DNA of 64,000 bases from Treponemataceae bacterium (lineage in GTDB: Bacteria > Spirochaetota > Spirochaetia > Treponematales > Rectinemataceae), in contig CAXXHO010000003.1 of NCBI GenBank assembly GCA_963667725.2, positions 672,001-736,000 of the forward strand. The letters run 5' to 3'. Positions within the stretch are counted from its first letter, which is position 1, and each line of letters begins with the position of its first letter. The translations under genes were made by a program, and so were the position numbers. Below are positions 1 through 9,788 of the stretch, piece after piece. The notes under the pieces are model-generated. The model was given only the letters and a program-made list of their open reading frames with translations, was not told the DNA's origin and did no database searches.

Positions 1-66
1 GCTTAAGTTGCGGGCCGTGTAGTCCCTGTATTCCTTCGCTTTCGCGAGAATTGTCGCGCTGTCCAT
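1..66 (-). CDS. N-terminus (partial) of probable YgeY-family M20 hydrolase
   Basis: Not in the ORF track. ATG at 66, 2 nt after the ssnA stop, with a GGAAGG SD. Translates MDSATILAKAKEYRDYTARNLS, resembling the YgeY N-terminus, and lies next to ygfK-ssnA. Only 22 aa are visible. Confidence 0.55.
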   Translation of the reverse strand, partial: MDSATILAKAKEYRDYTARNLS

Positions 67-68
67 AG

Positions 69-1415
69 TCACCTTCCTTCCATATTGTTCCAGAGACGGC
101 GAGCCTGGACGCGCGCCGCAGCCTGGATTTTTTCCATATCGAACAGGGGTTTCCTGTCCTGGATGCGAATTTTTCCCGCGACCGCGACGCTGCGCACGGA
201 GCGAGAGCTCATGCCGAAGGCCATGTGGCCCGCGATGTTGGCCGGGTCGAGGGGGGTGGGCGGGTCGTAGTCCCAGAGGACGAGATCGGCCGGATTGCCG
301 GGGGCGAGGACGCCGAAGCTGCCTTCGCCGGGGAAATAGCGCTCGAGGAGCCTGTTGCCGCGGTCGAGGCAGGCGAGGAAGTTGTCGGGCCACCAGGGGC
401 CGGCCGATTCCCTGTGACGGAAGACGGCGAACTTGAATTCCTCGAGCATGTCGGCGCCCATGCCGTCGGTGCCGAGGACGACGTTCCCGTGCGTCGGCAG
501 GAGGGCGTTGTAGCCCACCGCGTTGTTCATGTTGGATCGCGCGTTGTGGGCGAGGAAGACGTCCCGGGCGTTCATGATCTCAATTTCCGAGGGCGTGAGC
601 CAGAGTCCGTGGCCGATGATGCCCTTGGGGGTGAGGGCCCCGACTTTCTCCAGCCTTTCGACGAGGTCGAGGCCGTGGCGATAGCGTGAATCGACGGCGT
701 CGTACCTGTCCTCGGCGAGATGGATGTGGATGCCCCGGCCGGAGGTTTTCACCGCGTCGGCGAGGCCTTCAAGCGTCTCCTGGCCGACGGTGAAGCCGGC
801 GTGGCCGCCTACGGCGGCCTCAACCTGGGGTCGCTGACCGCGCGCGCGCATCCCGTCCACTTCGCGCGCGAAGCGCAGGTTTTCGGACAGCCCCGCGTGC
901 GCGCCGTCGGCGCCGTTCCGGTCTGTAGTCTCGTAGCAGAGTATGCCGCGCAGGCCCACTTCCTCATAAGCCTGCCTGATGACCGACAGGCTTCCGTCGA
1001 TGGCGTTGGGGCTCGCGTGGTGATCCACGAGGGAAGTGACACCCGCAGCCAGCGCGTCGGCGCAGCCCGCGAGGGCGCTCGCCTCGATGATGGGCAGGTC
1101 GATCGCCCTATCCAGCCTCCACCAGAGGTGCTCGAGGATCTGGCAGAAATCCTTGGAGGGCTGGATGGCCACCTCCATGCCCCTCGCGAGCGCGGAATAG
1201 AGATGGGTGTGGGCGCAGACGAGGCCCGGCGAGAGATAGCCGCCTGAGCCCGCGAGTTCTGCCCGCGGGTATTTCGCGCGCAGTCCGGTTCCGATCTCAG
1301 CTATCGTCCCGGCCTTCGCGCCTTCCTCCTCCGGTCCGTAGGCGACGAGGTCGCATTCTTCCGAAACGGCGGGAGGGTTGAAGGACAGGAGCTTTACGTT
1401 CTCGAAAAGGATCAT
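69..1415 (-). CDS. ssnA: SsnA-family amidohydrolase (anaerobic purine degradation)
   Basis: CAHTHLYS (HxH), HLWWRLDR, DHHAS, HIHLAE and LGTDG motifs; directly downstream of ygfK. Confidence 0.88.
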   Translation of the reverse strand: MILFENVKLLSFNPPAVSEECDLVAYGPEEEGAKAGTIAEIGTGLRAKYPRAELAGSGGYLSPGLVCAHTHLYSALARGMEVAIQPSKDFCQILEHLWWRLDRAIDLPIIEASALAGCADALAAGVTSLVDHHASPNAIDGSLSVIRQAYEEVGLRGILCYETTDRNGADGAHAGLSENLRFAREVDGMRARGQRPQVEAAVGGHAGFTVGQETLEGLADAVKTSGRGIHIHLAEDRYDAVDSRYRHGLDLVERLEKVGALTPKGIIGHGLWLTPSEIEIMNARDVFLAHNARSNMNNAVGYNALLPTHGNVVLGTDGMGADMLEEFKFAVFRHRESAGPWWPDNFLACLDRGNRLLERYFPGEGSFGVLAPGNPADLVLWDYDPPTPLDPANIAGHMAFGMSSRSVRSVAVAGKIRIQDRKPLFDMEKIQAAARVQARRLWNNMEGR

Positions 1416-4400
1416 GGAGCTTCCTCCAGAAGATAGCGATGGGTTCGGTAGACTTCGCGCGCGAAGGCCACCATGGCCGAATCGGCCGGCGCGGAAACCG
1501 CTCCGTTCCAGGATGGGTAGTCGAGCTTATGCGGGGGAGCGCCGATCTCGGTTCTCAGGACGAGATTGGAAAGGCCGCCTTCGGAGACGAAGGCGAATCC
1601 GGCGTTCTTCGAGGCGGCGAGATCTTCCTCGTCGTCGAAGAGGGTGACTTTGCCGGAGAATGGTTCCCCCTCGAAGGGGCAGAAGAAGCCGCAGTTGCCG
1701 CATTCGTTGCAGAGACGGTCCAGATGGAGGATCTGGGCATCCTGGGCGAAGGGCAGGCCGGATTCGATGAACATGTTGGCGCGGTTGGGACAGACTTCCA
1801 CGCAGCGCAGGCATGCCGAGTCGCAGGCGAGGCAGCGTTCGGCCTCCCTCTCGGCGAATTTAGGATCGTCGAAATCGAGGGAAGGCAGAATTTCTCCCCG
1901 CTTCGCCAGCTTGGACCTATCCATGAGGGGCGGGCGGTAATCGGCCGTCGGCAGGACGAATCCTTCGGCGGCGAGAATGGCCCTGGCAGCCGCCCTTCCG
2001 TCGGCTTCAGCGGCGATGATGGAGGCCGGACCGCGCCTTGCGTCTCCGCCGACATAAAGGCCCTTTACCTCGGTTTCCATCGTGTCGGGATTGGCTATGG
2101 GAAGATGGTTTCTTCCAAGGCTCACTCCCAGCTGCTCGAGAAGCCGGGCATCGGGTTCTTCTCCGACCGCCGTTATGAGGAGATCGCAGGGGAGTTCGAA
2201 GGTTTCTTCCGAAGGAAGGGGAGAACGGCGCCCGGAGGCGTCCTTCTCGCCAAGGACCATGCGCCTCAGCACGAGGCTGCCAGGCTTCGCTTCCTCGGGC
2301 AGGGAAAGCTCCAGCATCGTATTCCGCTCGCCACCCAAGGCCTTGGACTCCTGGAGCGCGTTTTCCAGTTCTTCCAGGTCGGCGGGCATTTCCTTGCGAG
2401 TCCTTCTGTAGGAAAGGTGGACGGATTCCATCCCGAGAATACGCGTGGCGGCGCGCACCGCGTCGCAGGCCGTGTTGCCGCCGCCGGCCACGATTACATG
2501 GCGGATACCGGCGAAGGCTTCGGCTCCTTCGGCCCCGAAACGTTTAAGGAAGTCGAGGGCGTCCATGGTCTTGAGCCCCGACCCTTTAAGCTTTAATTGG
2601 CGCGCGGAATCGGCCCCCGTGCAGATGAAGAAGCTCGTGTAGCCTTCCGCCTTGAGCTCGCCGAGCGAGGCGATGCTCCGCCCGAATTCGAATCCGACCC
2701 CTATGGAGGCTATCCTGTCGATATCGCGGGCGATTTCTTCCCTGGCGATCCTGAAGCCGGGTATGACGTTGGCGGGGACGCCTCCGGGCGCCGGGCCCGA
2801 GTCGAACACTTTCACTTCGTGGCGCGCTGAAGCCAGGTAATAGGCGCAGGCGAGTCCGGCCGGCCCGGCGCCTATTACGGCGCTCTTCCCTCCGGGGACG
2901 CAGAGCGCTTCGGGCAGGGGAGCGGCGGGCAGATCGGCGGCTCTCGCGGCCTTCAGCTTCACGTCGCGTATCCGCACCGAGCCCTCGTAATCGAGCCTGG
3001 AACAATGTTCCTGGCAGACGTGGTCACAGAGCACGCCCGTTATGTGGGCGAGGGGATTGTCAGAGAGTATCGTGGCGAGAGCCTGTTCGCTCAGGCCTGA
3101 TCCTTGTGCCTTGATATAGGACGGCGCCTTCTGGTTTACGGGGCAGGCTTCTATGCAGGGAGCGGCGAAGCAGTCGTAGAGCGGGAGTTTTTTCGCTATG
3201 GAGACCTTGCCCACCTTCCATCCTTTTCGATACTCGGGTCTTCCGAGAGCGGCCTCGGCCAGGGCTTCCAGAGCCTCCGGGTTGGTCAACCTCGGCTCAA
3301 GCGGGATGGGCAGGGCGCCGACGGCTTCCCTAGCGATCTGCGCCAGGCGCAGGTATCCGCCCGGTTTCAGAATATCGGTGGCGACGGTCAGAGGTCCGAG
3401 TCCCGAGGTGATGAGGTCAGCCGCGTTGAGCGCCGAAACGCCGCCGCAGTAAGAGATTCGCGATCCCTCCTTGGGGAGGGATCGCGCTACCTTCGCCGCT
3501 AGCTTCATGGTGATGGGGAAAAGCGCCCGTCCCGACATATAGCGCTCGTGTCCGGGGAGATTCACGCTGTCGTTGGCGTTGGCGAGGGTGTTCGAGAGCT
3601 TGATGCCGAACCGGCGTCCTCTCGCCTGAGCCGTCTCGCTTAACTTCCGGACGAGGGCGAGGGCGGCGTCGAACTGCAGGTCGTGTTCAAAAGTTTCCCT
3701 TTTGATGACAATATCGTCCCAGCCCAGGCTGTCCAGAATCCGCCGCGCCTCATCGAAGCCGAGGAGGGTGGGATTGAGCTTTATGTAGGTGTCGAAGCCT
3801 TTTTCTTCAATTAGGTAGAGGCCGATGCGTTCGATTTCCTCAGGCGGGCAGCCGTGCATCGTGGAGAGCGTTACAGAGTGAAGGGGCCTTACTGGCATGT
3901 GCGCGGCGAGGGTTCTCGCCTTTTCGGCCAGCGCGTCGCCGAATGCCCGGGCGAAAGGCTCGCCCGCGATGAAGCGTTCGAGTTCCGCCATCGCCTTCGA
4001 CCAATATTCGGTGGTTTCCGGTCGCCTCATTCCCTCGATGAAGGCATCAACCTTCGCGCTTTTTATCCCCTCGAGCGTATAGCCGACCGACATGTTGAAG
4101 AAGAATTCGGTGGGTTTGCGGGACCAGAGGAAGGAGAAGAGGTTCACCGCTATCCATGCGTTGATATATTCCTTCCTGGCTTCCTCCAGGCTCAGCTCAG
4201 TCGACCATTCGACATTGTGCCCTTCGTCCAGCGCGTCGATGCATGGTTTGTCGATATCGAGGCTGTCGTTCTGCTGGACGGTCTTGAGTTCGAAGACGCG
4301 GGCTCCCGATAAATACGCGGCGAGGATGTTCGGGGCGATCTGCGTGTGGGGGCCGGCGGCAGGACCTACGGGGATGCTCGCCCTTCCCGACATGACCGTG

Positions 4401-4543
4401 AGCCCGGGACTATCCGCTTCCAGATCGAAGATTTCGCGGAAAACGCTTCCCGGGATTTCGTAGATAGAATCCTTGGCAGCGAATTCGCCCGCCGCCCGCG
4501 AAAGAAGCGCCGAAAGCGAGGTCGTTTTCATGATTTTGCTCAT
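1412..4543 (-). CDS. ygfK: YgfK-family Fe-S flavoprotein oxidoreductase
   Basis: GPAAGPHTQ, STMHGCPP and KLSNT in the N-domain; CxxxCP/CDHVC Fe-S motifs; GAGPAG and GGGNTA Rossmann folds; C-terminal ferredoxin CNECGNC. Start set at ATG 4543 (ATGA overlap with the upstream stop). Confidence 0.9.
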   Translation of the reverse strand: MSKIMKTTSLSALLSRAAGEFAAKDSIYEIPGSVFREIFDLEADSPGLTVMSGRASIPVGPAAGPHTQIAPNILAAYLSGARVFELKTVQQNDSLDIDKPCIDALDEGHNVEWSTELSLEEARKEYINAWIAVNLFSFLWSRKPTEFFFNMSVGYTLEGIKSAKVDAFIEGMRRPETTEYWSKAMAELERFIAGEPFARAFGDALAEKARTLAAHMPVRPLHSVTLSTMHGCPPEEIERIGLYLIEEKGFDTYIKLNPTLLGFDEARRILDSLGWDDIVIKRETFEHDLQFDAALALVRKLSETAQARGRRFGIKLSNTLANANDSVNLPGHERYMSGRALFPITMKLAAKVARSLPKEGSRISYCGGVSALNAADLITSGLGPLTVATDILKPGGYLRLAQIAREAVGALPIPLEPRLTNPEALEALAEAALGRPEYRKGWKVGKVSIAKKLPLYDCFAAPCIEACPVNQKAPSYIKAQGSGLSEQALATILSDNPLAHITGVLCDHVCQEHCSRLDYEGSVRIRDVKLKAARAADLPAAPLPEALCVPGGKSAVIGAGPAGLACAYYLASARHEVKVFDSGPAPGGVPANVIPGFRIAREEIARDIDRIASIGVGFEFGRSIASLGELKAEGYTSFFICTGADSARQLKLKGSGLKTMDALDFLKRFGAEGAEAFAGIRHVIVAGGGNTACDAVRAATRILGMESVHLSYRRTRKEMPADLEELENALQESKALGGERNTMLELSLPEEAKPGSLVLRRMVLGEKDASGRRSPLPSEETFELPCDLLITAVGEEPDARLLEQLGVSLGRNHLPIANPDTMETEVKGLYVGGDARRGPASIIAAEADGRAAARAILAAEGFVLPTADYRPPLMDRSKLAKRGEILPSLDFDDPKFAEREAERCLACDSACLRCVEVCPNRANMFIESGLPFAQDAQILHLDRLCNECGNCGFFCPFEGEPFSGKVTLFDDEEDLAASKNAGFAFVSEGGLSNLVLRTEIGAPPHKLDYPSWNGAVSAPADSAMVAFAREVYRTHRYLLEEAP

Positions 4544-5910
4544 CGATAACCCCATTGGATGAATTTTCCGCTGCCCGGAAGGGCGAGTATTCCGCCCTCG
4601 CCGTAGACGCGGGATCCCCTGACGAAGGTTTCCTTGATCCTGCCGGCAAGCCGCATGCCCGCGAAAGGCGTTATGCGGCTCTTGCTGTACATCGAAGCCG
4701 GGTCGAGAAGGGTGCTGGCTTCGGGGTCTACGAGGACGAAGTCCGCGTCCTTGCCTTCGGCGAGCGAGCCCTTGCCGCCCGAAATTCCGTAGCGGGCCGC
4801 GGCCGCTCCCGAGGTCGCTTCGAGGAAGCGGGGGAGGCTGAGCCTTTTGGCGAAAAGGCCTTCGGAAAGGAGGTAGGGAAAGAAGGTGCCGGTGCCGGGA
4901 ATGCCGCCATAGGCGCTTAAAGGGTTACCCGTGAATTTTTCATAGTCGGGCGCGCCGGCATGGTCCGACGCCACAAAGGATATCGCGCCTTCCGCGAGCA
5001 GCTTCCAGAGCAGGGCTTTCTGGGAAGCTTCCTTGACAGGCGGGGCGGTCTTGAGCGCCGCCCCCAGGGCTTGGAAATCATCTTCGTCGAAGGCGAGGTA
5101 GTGGCCGCAGGTTTCGCAGCTCGCGCCCGAGGCGGCGACGAGCGCGGCCGCCTCGGCCGTGCCGACGTGGACGATATGGAGCCATCGCGGCCGCGCTCCC
5201 GCAAGCCGCAGCGCGGCGGAACAGGCCGCCGTTTCGGCCTCCATGGGGCGCGAGGCGTAGTAATCCTTCCAAGTGGGAGCCTTTCCGCCTCGAGCCGCGC
5301 CCAGGGCGGCCTCGGCCGCCGTTATCACCGCGGGATCCTCGGCGTGGAGGAGTAGCGGCCTGCCGGCTGCCGCGCAGCGATTATAAGCCCTGGCGAACTG
5401 CTCCGGCGTCACCGCCGTGAAACTTTCCATACCCGACACGAAATAGCACTTGAAGCCGACGACGCGCGAGGCGAGGGCGTCGATCGCCAAATCCATCGAC
5501 GCGTCGTCGAAGAGACCGTTGACGCCGCCGTAAAAGGCGAAATCGACCACGGCGCTTTTCGAGACGATGGCGAGCTTGTTCTTCAGCGCGGCGAGGCTCG
5601 TGACAGGCGGCAGGGAGGTACAGGGCATGTCGATCACCGTCGTCACGCCGCCGCGCGCCGCTTCGGAGCTGCCGTGGAGAAAGTCCTCCCTCTGCGTGAA
5701 TCCCGGTTCGTCGAAGTGGACGTGGGGATCTATGGCTCCGGGGAACATCATGAGCCCGGTGGCGTCGATCGTTTCCTCGTCGGCCGACGATACGTCGGCA
5801 AGGCTTCCCGCGGCGGCGACGCGGGCGATTTTTCCCTCGCGCACGAGAATGTCGACCCTGCAGAAATCCTTTTCGCCGGGCAGGGCGGCCAGGGCGTTCG
5901 CGATCAGCAT
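4540..5910 (-). CDS. Allantoinase/dihydroorotase-family cyclic amidohydrolase
   Basis: DPHVHFDEPG, GGVTTVIDMP, GFKCY (carbamylated Lys), LHAED, HIVH, ASDH and GGIPG motifs. Confidence 0.85.
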   Translation of the reverse strand: MLIANALAALPGEKDFCRVDILVREGKIARVAAAGSLADVSSADEETIDATGLMMFPGAIDPHVHFDEPGFTQREDFLHGSSEAARGGVTTVIDMPCTSLPPVTSLAALKNKLAIVSKSAVVDFAFYGGVNGLFDDASMDLAIDALASRVVGFKCYFVSGMESFTAVTPEQFARAYNRCAAAGRPLLLHAEDPAVITAAEAALGAARGGKAPTWKDYYASRPMEAETAACSAALRLAGARPRWLHIVHVGTAEAAALVAASGASCETCGHYLAFDEDDFQALGAALKTAPPVKEASQKALLWKLLAEGAISFVASDHAGAPDYEKFTGNPLSAYGGIPGTGTFFPYLLSEGLFAKRLSLPRFLEATSGAAAARYGISGGKGSLAEGKDADFVLVDPEASTLLDPASMYSKSRITPFAGMRLAGRIKETFVRGSRVYGEGGILALPGSGKFIQWGYR

Positions 5911-8168
5911 AAGCCCTCCCCGTCCAGGAAAGCCTCGATTTTTTCGGGGATGAAGGGAATATCGTAGGTCGTCTTTCCGTCCGGCTTGGCCGCCCGCAGC
6001 GCGTCCAGAACGGCGAAGTACGCCGCTATGCCGTACTGCAGGGGCGGTTCTCCCACAGCCTTCGAGTTGAAGGGAGCGAAGGGATTGTCCATGTCGGACA
6101 TCAATTCTATCTCCAACTTCTCGGGCAGGAAGGAATCGTTCGGGAGCTTGTAGGTCGAGAGCGTATCCGACAAGGGCCTGCCGTCCGCGCCGAAACGGAG
6201 ATCCTCGAGGAGGGTCCAGCCCAAACCCTGGGCGAAGGCGCCCTCAATCTGCCCGATGTCGACGCGCTCGTCCAGGCTGTTGCCCGAGTCGTGGACGATG
6301 GTCGCCGATTCTATCCTGCAGGTTGCGCGAACGAGATCGACCCGCGCCGTGAGACAGGCGGCGCCGTAAACATGATAGGCGAAGGGCGTCCCGCGCTCGG
6401 CCTTCATATCGTAAAAAAGCCCCGGCGTCGAATAGAAACCGTGAGCCGAGAGATCTATCCTCGCCTCGTTCGCGGCCGCGACGAGTTCGTTCCAGCCGAG
6501 CGCGCTCGATTTCCTTTCGACGAGGATCTTTCCGTCCTTTATCTCGATCGAAGAGGGATCGACGTCGAGCATGGACGCAGCTTTCGCCGTCAGCCTCGTC
6601 TTGATTTTCTCGCAGGCGATTTTAGCCGCCATGCCGTTGAGGTCGCTGCCCGTGCTCGCCGCCGTGGGGACGGTGTTGGCCACGGTCAGTGTCGTGGTGC
6701 GTTCCACGGAAACCCTTTCCTGGGGAATGCCCAGGGTTCTCGCGGCGATCAGCGCGATTTTCCGCGACACCTGCTGGCCCATCTCGATGGCGCCCGTCGA
6801 GACGAGGACTGAGCCGTCCGTGTACACATGCACGAGGGCTCCCGCCTGGTTCATCGGCAGCTTCGTGAAGGAAATACCGAAACAGAGGGGAAGAATGGCT
6901 GCGCCTCTCTTTTCCAGGCTGTTCGAGGTGTTGAAGGCCTCGATGTCGACGCGAAGCTCCTTCCAGGAGACTTTTTCGAGAAGCCTGTCGAAGGACTCCC
7001 CGGCGCGTACGCGCTCGAGGGGCATGCCGAAATAGGTGGAATCCCCTTCGCGGTAGAGATTCCTGCGCTGGAGTTCGACCCTGTCTATTCCCATGGAGCG
7101 AGCGAGAGCGTCCAGGGCGGCTTCTATGACGAAGAAGCCCTGAGGAGCCCCGAAACCGCGGAAGGCGGTGAAAGAGGGCAGGTTCGTGCGGCACATGTTG
7201 CCCGTCACCCTCACGTTGGGAATTTTATAGGCGCCCGTCGCGTGGAGGAGGGTTCTGGAGAGAATGGCGGGAGAAAGGTCGCAGGAGCAGCCGGAGTTCT
7301 GGTAGTAGTCGGCCTCGAAAGCCAGAAGCCTTCCGTCGGCGTCGGCGCCGATCCGGAAATCGCTCGAGTAGGGATGCCTTTTGCCTGTGGCCTGCATATC
7401 CACGCGCCGGTCGAGGTAGAGCTTGACGGGTTTTCTGCTCACCCAGGCTCCCAGCGCCGCGAGGGAGCCCCATATGGCGGCCTGGTCTTCCTTGCCGCCG
7501 AAGCCTCCGCCCAGGCGGCGAGCCTCCACTTCCACCATGTTCATGGCAAGGCCCAGGGACTGCGCCACGGCGCGCTGGACGCCGGTCGGACCCTGCGTGC
7601 TCGAAATGATAAAGACCTTTCTGTCATCGCGGATCTCCGCGTAAGCACCCTGCGTTTCAAGGTAGACATGCTCCTGGCCGCCCGAATCCACTCGCCCCGA
7701 GATTACATGGACGCAGCTCGCGAAAGCGGATTCGGGCTCTCCGCACTTGATCGTCCGCGAGGGCAGTATGAAATCGGCGGCGGCCGCCGCTTCCCTCGGA
7801 TCGAACAGGGCCGGCAAGTTCTCGCCGCTGACCCGGACGGCGGCGGCCGCTCTCCTCGCGAGCGAGCGCGTCTTCGCGAGCACGAGCGCTATAGGCTGCC
7901 CCCAGTATTCCCATTCTTCGGCGGGAAGGAGGGGCTCATCCGGCTTGTTGAAGCCTATCTGATTCTGGCCCGGAACATCCCTGGCCGTGATCACCCTGAC
8001 CGACGGGTCGAGGGCGAGGGCCGCCGAGGCATCGATGGAGAGTATTCGGCCGTGCGCGCTCTCGGAAAGCTTCGCCGCGGCCTGAAGGCAGTCCTTGGGC
8101 TCGGGCAGGTCGTCGATATATTTTGTGGCGCCCCTCAAATTCAGGGCGGATTCGGCTATGGTTTTCAT
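5904..8168 (-). CDS. xdhB: Xanthine dehydrogenase molybdopterin-binding subunit
   Basis: GGQEHVYLE, GGGFGGKE, AFRGFGAPQ, TAASTGSDLNG and KAVGEPP motifs of XdhB-type XDH. Confidence 0.9.
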   Translation of the reverse strand: MKTIAESALNLRGATKYIDDLPEPKDCLQAAAKLSESAHGRILSIDASAALALDPSVRVITARDVPGQNQIGFNKPDEPLLPAEEWEYWGQPIALVLAKTRSLARRAAAAVRVSGENLPALFDPREAAAAADFILPSRTIKCGEPESAFASCVHVISGRVDSGGQEHVYLETQGAYAEIRDDRKVFIISSTQGPTGVQRAVAQSLGLAMNMVEVEARRLGGGFGGKEDQAAIWGSLAALGAWVSRKPVKLYLDRRVDMQATGKRHPYSSDFRIGADADGRLLAFEADYYQNSGCSCDLSPAILSRTLLHATGAYKIPNVRVTGNMCRTNLPSFTAFRGFGAPQGFFVIEAALDALARSMGIDRVELQRRNLYREGDSTYFGMPLERVRAGESFDRLLEKVSWKELRVDIEAFNTSNSLEKRGAAILPLCFGISFTKLPMNQAGALVHVYTDGSVLVSTGAIEMGQQVSRKIALIAARTLGIPQERVSVERTTTLTVANTVPTAASTGSDLNGMAAKIACEKIKTRLTAKAASMLDVDPSSIEIKDGKILVERKSSALGWNELVAAANEARIDLSAHGFYSTPGLFYDMKAERGTPFAYHVYGAACLTARVDLVRATCRIESATIVHDSGNSLDERVDIGQIEGAFAQGLGWTLLEDLRFGADGRPLSDTLSTYKLPNDSFLPEKLEIELMSDMDNPFAPFNSKAVGEPPLQYGIAAYFAVLDALRAAKPDGKTTYDIPFIPEKIEAFLDGEGLC

Positions 8169-9763
8169 GGGAACAGCTCCTTCGCGATGCCGTCGGCGCC
8201 GAAGAGGCGGATGAAATGGGCCAGCATGAGCCTGCCCGTCATCCGCCTCCGGTAGGAAGCCGAGCCGCGAACGTCGCCGATGGGCGAGATTTCGGCTTCG
8301 GCGGCCGAGCCGACCTCCCTGGCGAGTCTGGCCAGAGCCTTCGCGTCATTCCTGTCGATCGCCGCTCCTTCCAGCGCCGCCGAAGCCTTCCTCAGCAGCG
8401 TCGGAACGGCGGCGACGCCGCCGGCGCTTATCCTGACTCCGCGCGCGAAGCCCTCCTCGACGCGGAAAGAGATGGCCGTATTGACCGCCGCGATATCGAG
8501 TCTTTCCCTTTTCGCGATCTTCTCGAAGGAAAACAGAAGCCTTGGTTTTGTTCCTGGAACGCCCGATTGGCCGCCTGATTCATCGTGGCTTATCAGCCCG
8601 TCCGGGATCAGAATAGCACGTATGATCTCGTTTTTCCGGAGTGCCGTCGTCTTATAGCCAGTGAAAAAATCCTCGATGGGAATTAACCGCGATCCGGCTT
8701 CAGCCCCCGCGGTCGCGCCGGTGTACCCGCCCGATGGAGCTGCGTACCCGCCGATTTCCAGCCTCGCCCCCAGAGCCATCAGCATCGAGGTGATGTCCCC
8801 CACGGGCGAAGCGTTGGCGATATTGCCCCCTACGGTGGCGATATTCCTGATCAGCGTGCTAGCGAACTGCCCTTCATAGGCATCAATGCCAGGGATGGCT
8901 TCCCGCACCGGCATCGAGGCGAAAAAATCGCGCAGGGTGACGGCGGCGCCTATCCTCAGCCATGGAGAACCGTCCAAATTTGTTCGGGCTATTTTCCTGA
9001 AATCATCGATCGAGCGGAGGCGGAGAGGCCTGAAATCGCCGGCCGGATAGGGATTTTTGACATAGTAGTCGGTTCCGCCGCCCAAGGCGATGAAGTCGGT
9101 CGCCCCCTGCGAGTCGGCTGCCGCGGACAGGCCTGCCGCCTCCGCCATAAACACGAGGACGGAACGTGGCAGCACGCTTTTCTCCACGAGCACCTTCAGC
9201 CGCTCCATGGGGTCCCGCGGCAGTTCTCCGAACTCCCTCGCGAGGCGCTCGGCAGCTCTCCTTATGGCGCCATACCCGGTGCATCGGCACAGGTTGCCAT
9301 CCGCGGCGATCATGGCTCCCGCCAAATCCGGCTTGCCCGGACCCGCAAGCCAGGCGCTCAGGCTGACAATGAAACCAGGGCTGCAGAATCCGCACTGGCT
9401 CGCGTTCTCCTCCAGAAAGGCCCGCATCACGGGAGTCAGTCCCCCCGGCGCCGAAGCGCTCAAACCTTCGATCGTTACTAGGTGTTTCCCGGCGAGATCG
9501 CCCAGCGACAGAAGGCAGGAGGGTACAGCCAGGTATCGCGGCGCGCCTCCGTTGCAGTCGCCTCCGCCCGCGGCGCCTCCGCAGCAGCCGTCAACAACGA
9601 ATTCCCCCACCAGCACGGCGCAGGCGCCGCAGTCGCCCTCCCTGCAGCCTTCCTTCGTTCCCGTCAGGCCCATCTCCCCTCGTATGAAATCGAGAGCGGG
9701 CGTGCCGGGTCCCGTCTTCGGTTCGACCCATGTGTCATTCACGAATATCCTGAACGTTTCCAT
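8165..9763 (-). CDS. xdhA: Xanthine dehydrogenase small subunit (2x[2Fe-2S] + FAD)
   Basis: KEGCREGDCGAC, QCGFCSPG, GNLCRCTGY, GGGTD and IRNIATVGGN motifs; overlaps the xdhB start. Confidence 0.9.
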   Translation of the reverse strand: METFRIFVNDTWVEPKTGPGTPALDFIRGEMGLTGTKEGCREGDCGACAVLVGEFVVDGCCGGAAGGGDCNGGAPRYLAVPSCLLSLGDLAGKHLVTIEGLSASAPGGLTPVMRAFLEENASQCGFCSPGFIVSLSAWLAGPGKPDLAGAMIAADGNLCRCTGYGAIRRAAERLAREFGELPRDPMERLKVLVEKSVLPRSVLVFMAEAAGLSAAADSQGATDFIALGGGTDYYVKNPYPAGDFRPLRLRSIDDFRKIARTNLDGSPWLRIGAAVTLRDFFASMPVREAIPGIDAYEGQFASTLIRNIATVGGNIANASPVGDITSMLMALGARLEIGGYAAPSGGYTGATAGAEAGSRLIPIEDFFTGYKTTALRKNEIIRAILIPDGLISHDESGGQSGVPGTKPRLLFSFEKIAKRERLDIAAVNTAISFRVEEGFARGVRISAGGVAAVPTLLRKASAALEGAAIDRNDAKALARLAREVGSAAEAEISPIGDVRGSASYRRRMTGRLMLAHFIRLFGADGIAKELFP

Positions 9764-9788
9764 CGTTACTATCTATTCCTTGTCCGCT

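Noticed and set aside
1412..8168. Selenocysteine recoding in ygfK/xdhB
   Set aside because: Both frames are full length with no internal TGA, and the terminal TGA codons overlap the next genes' starts
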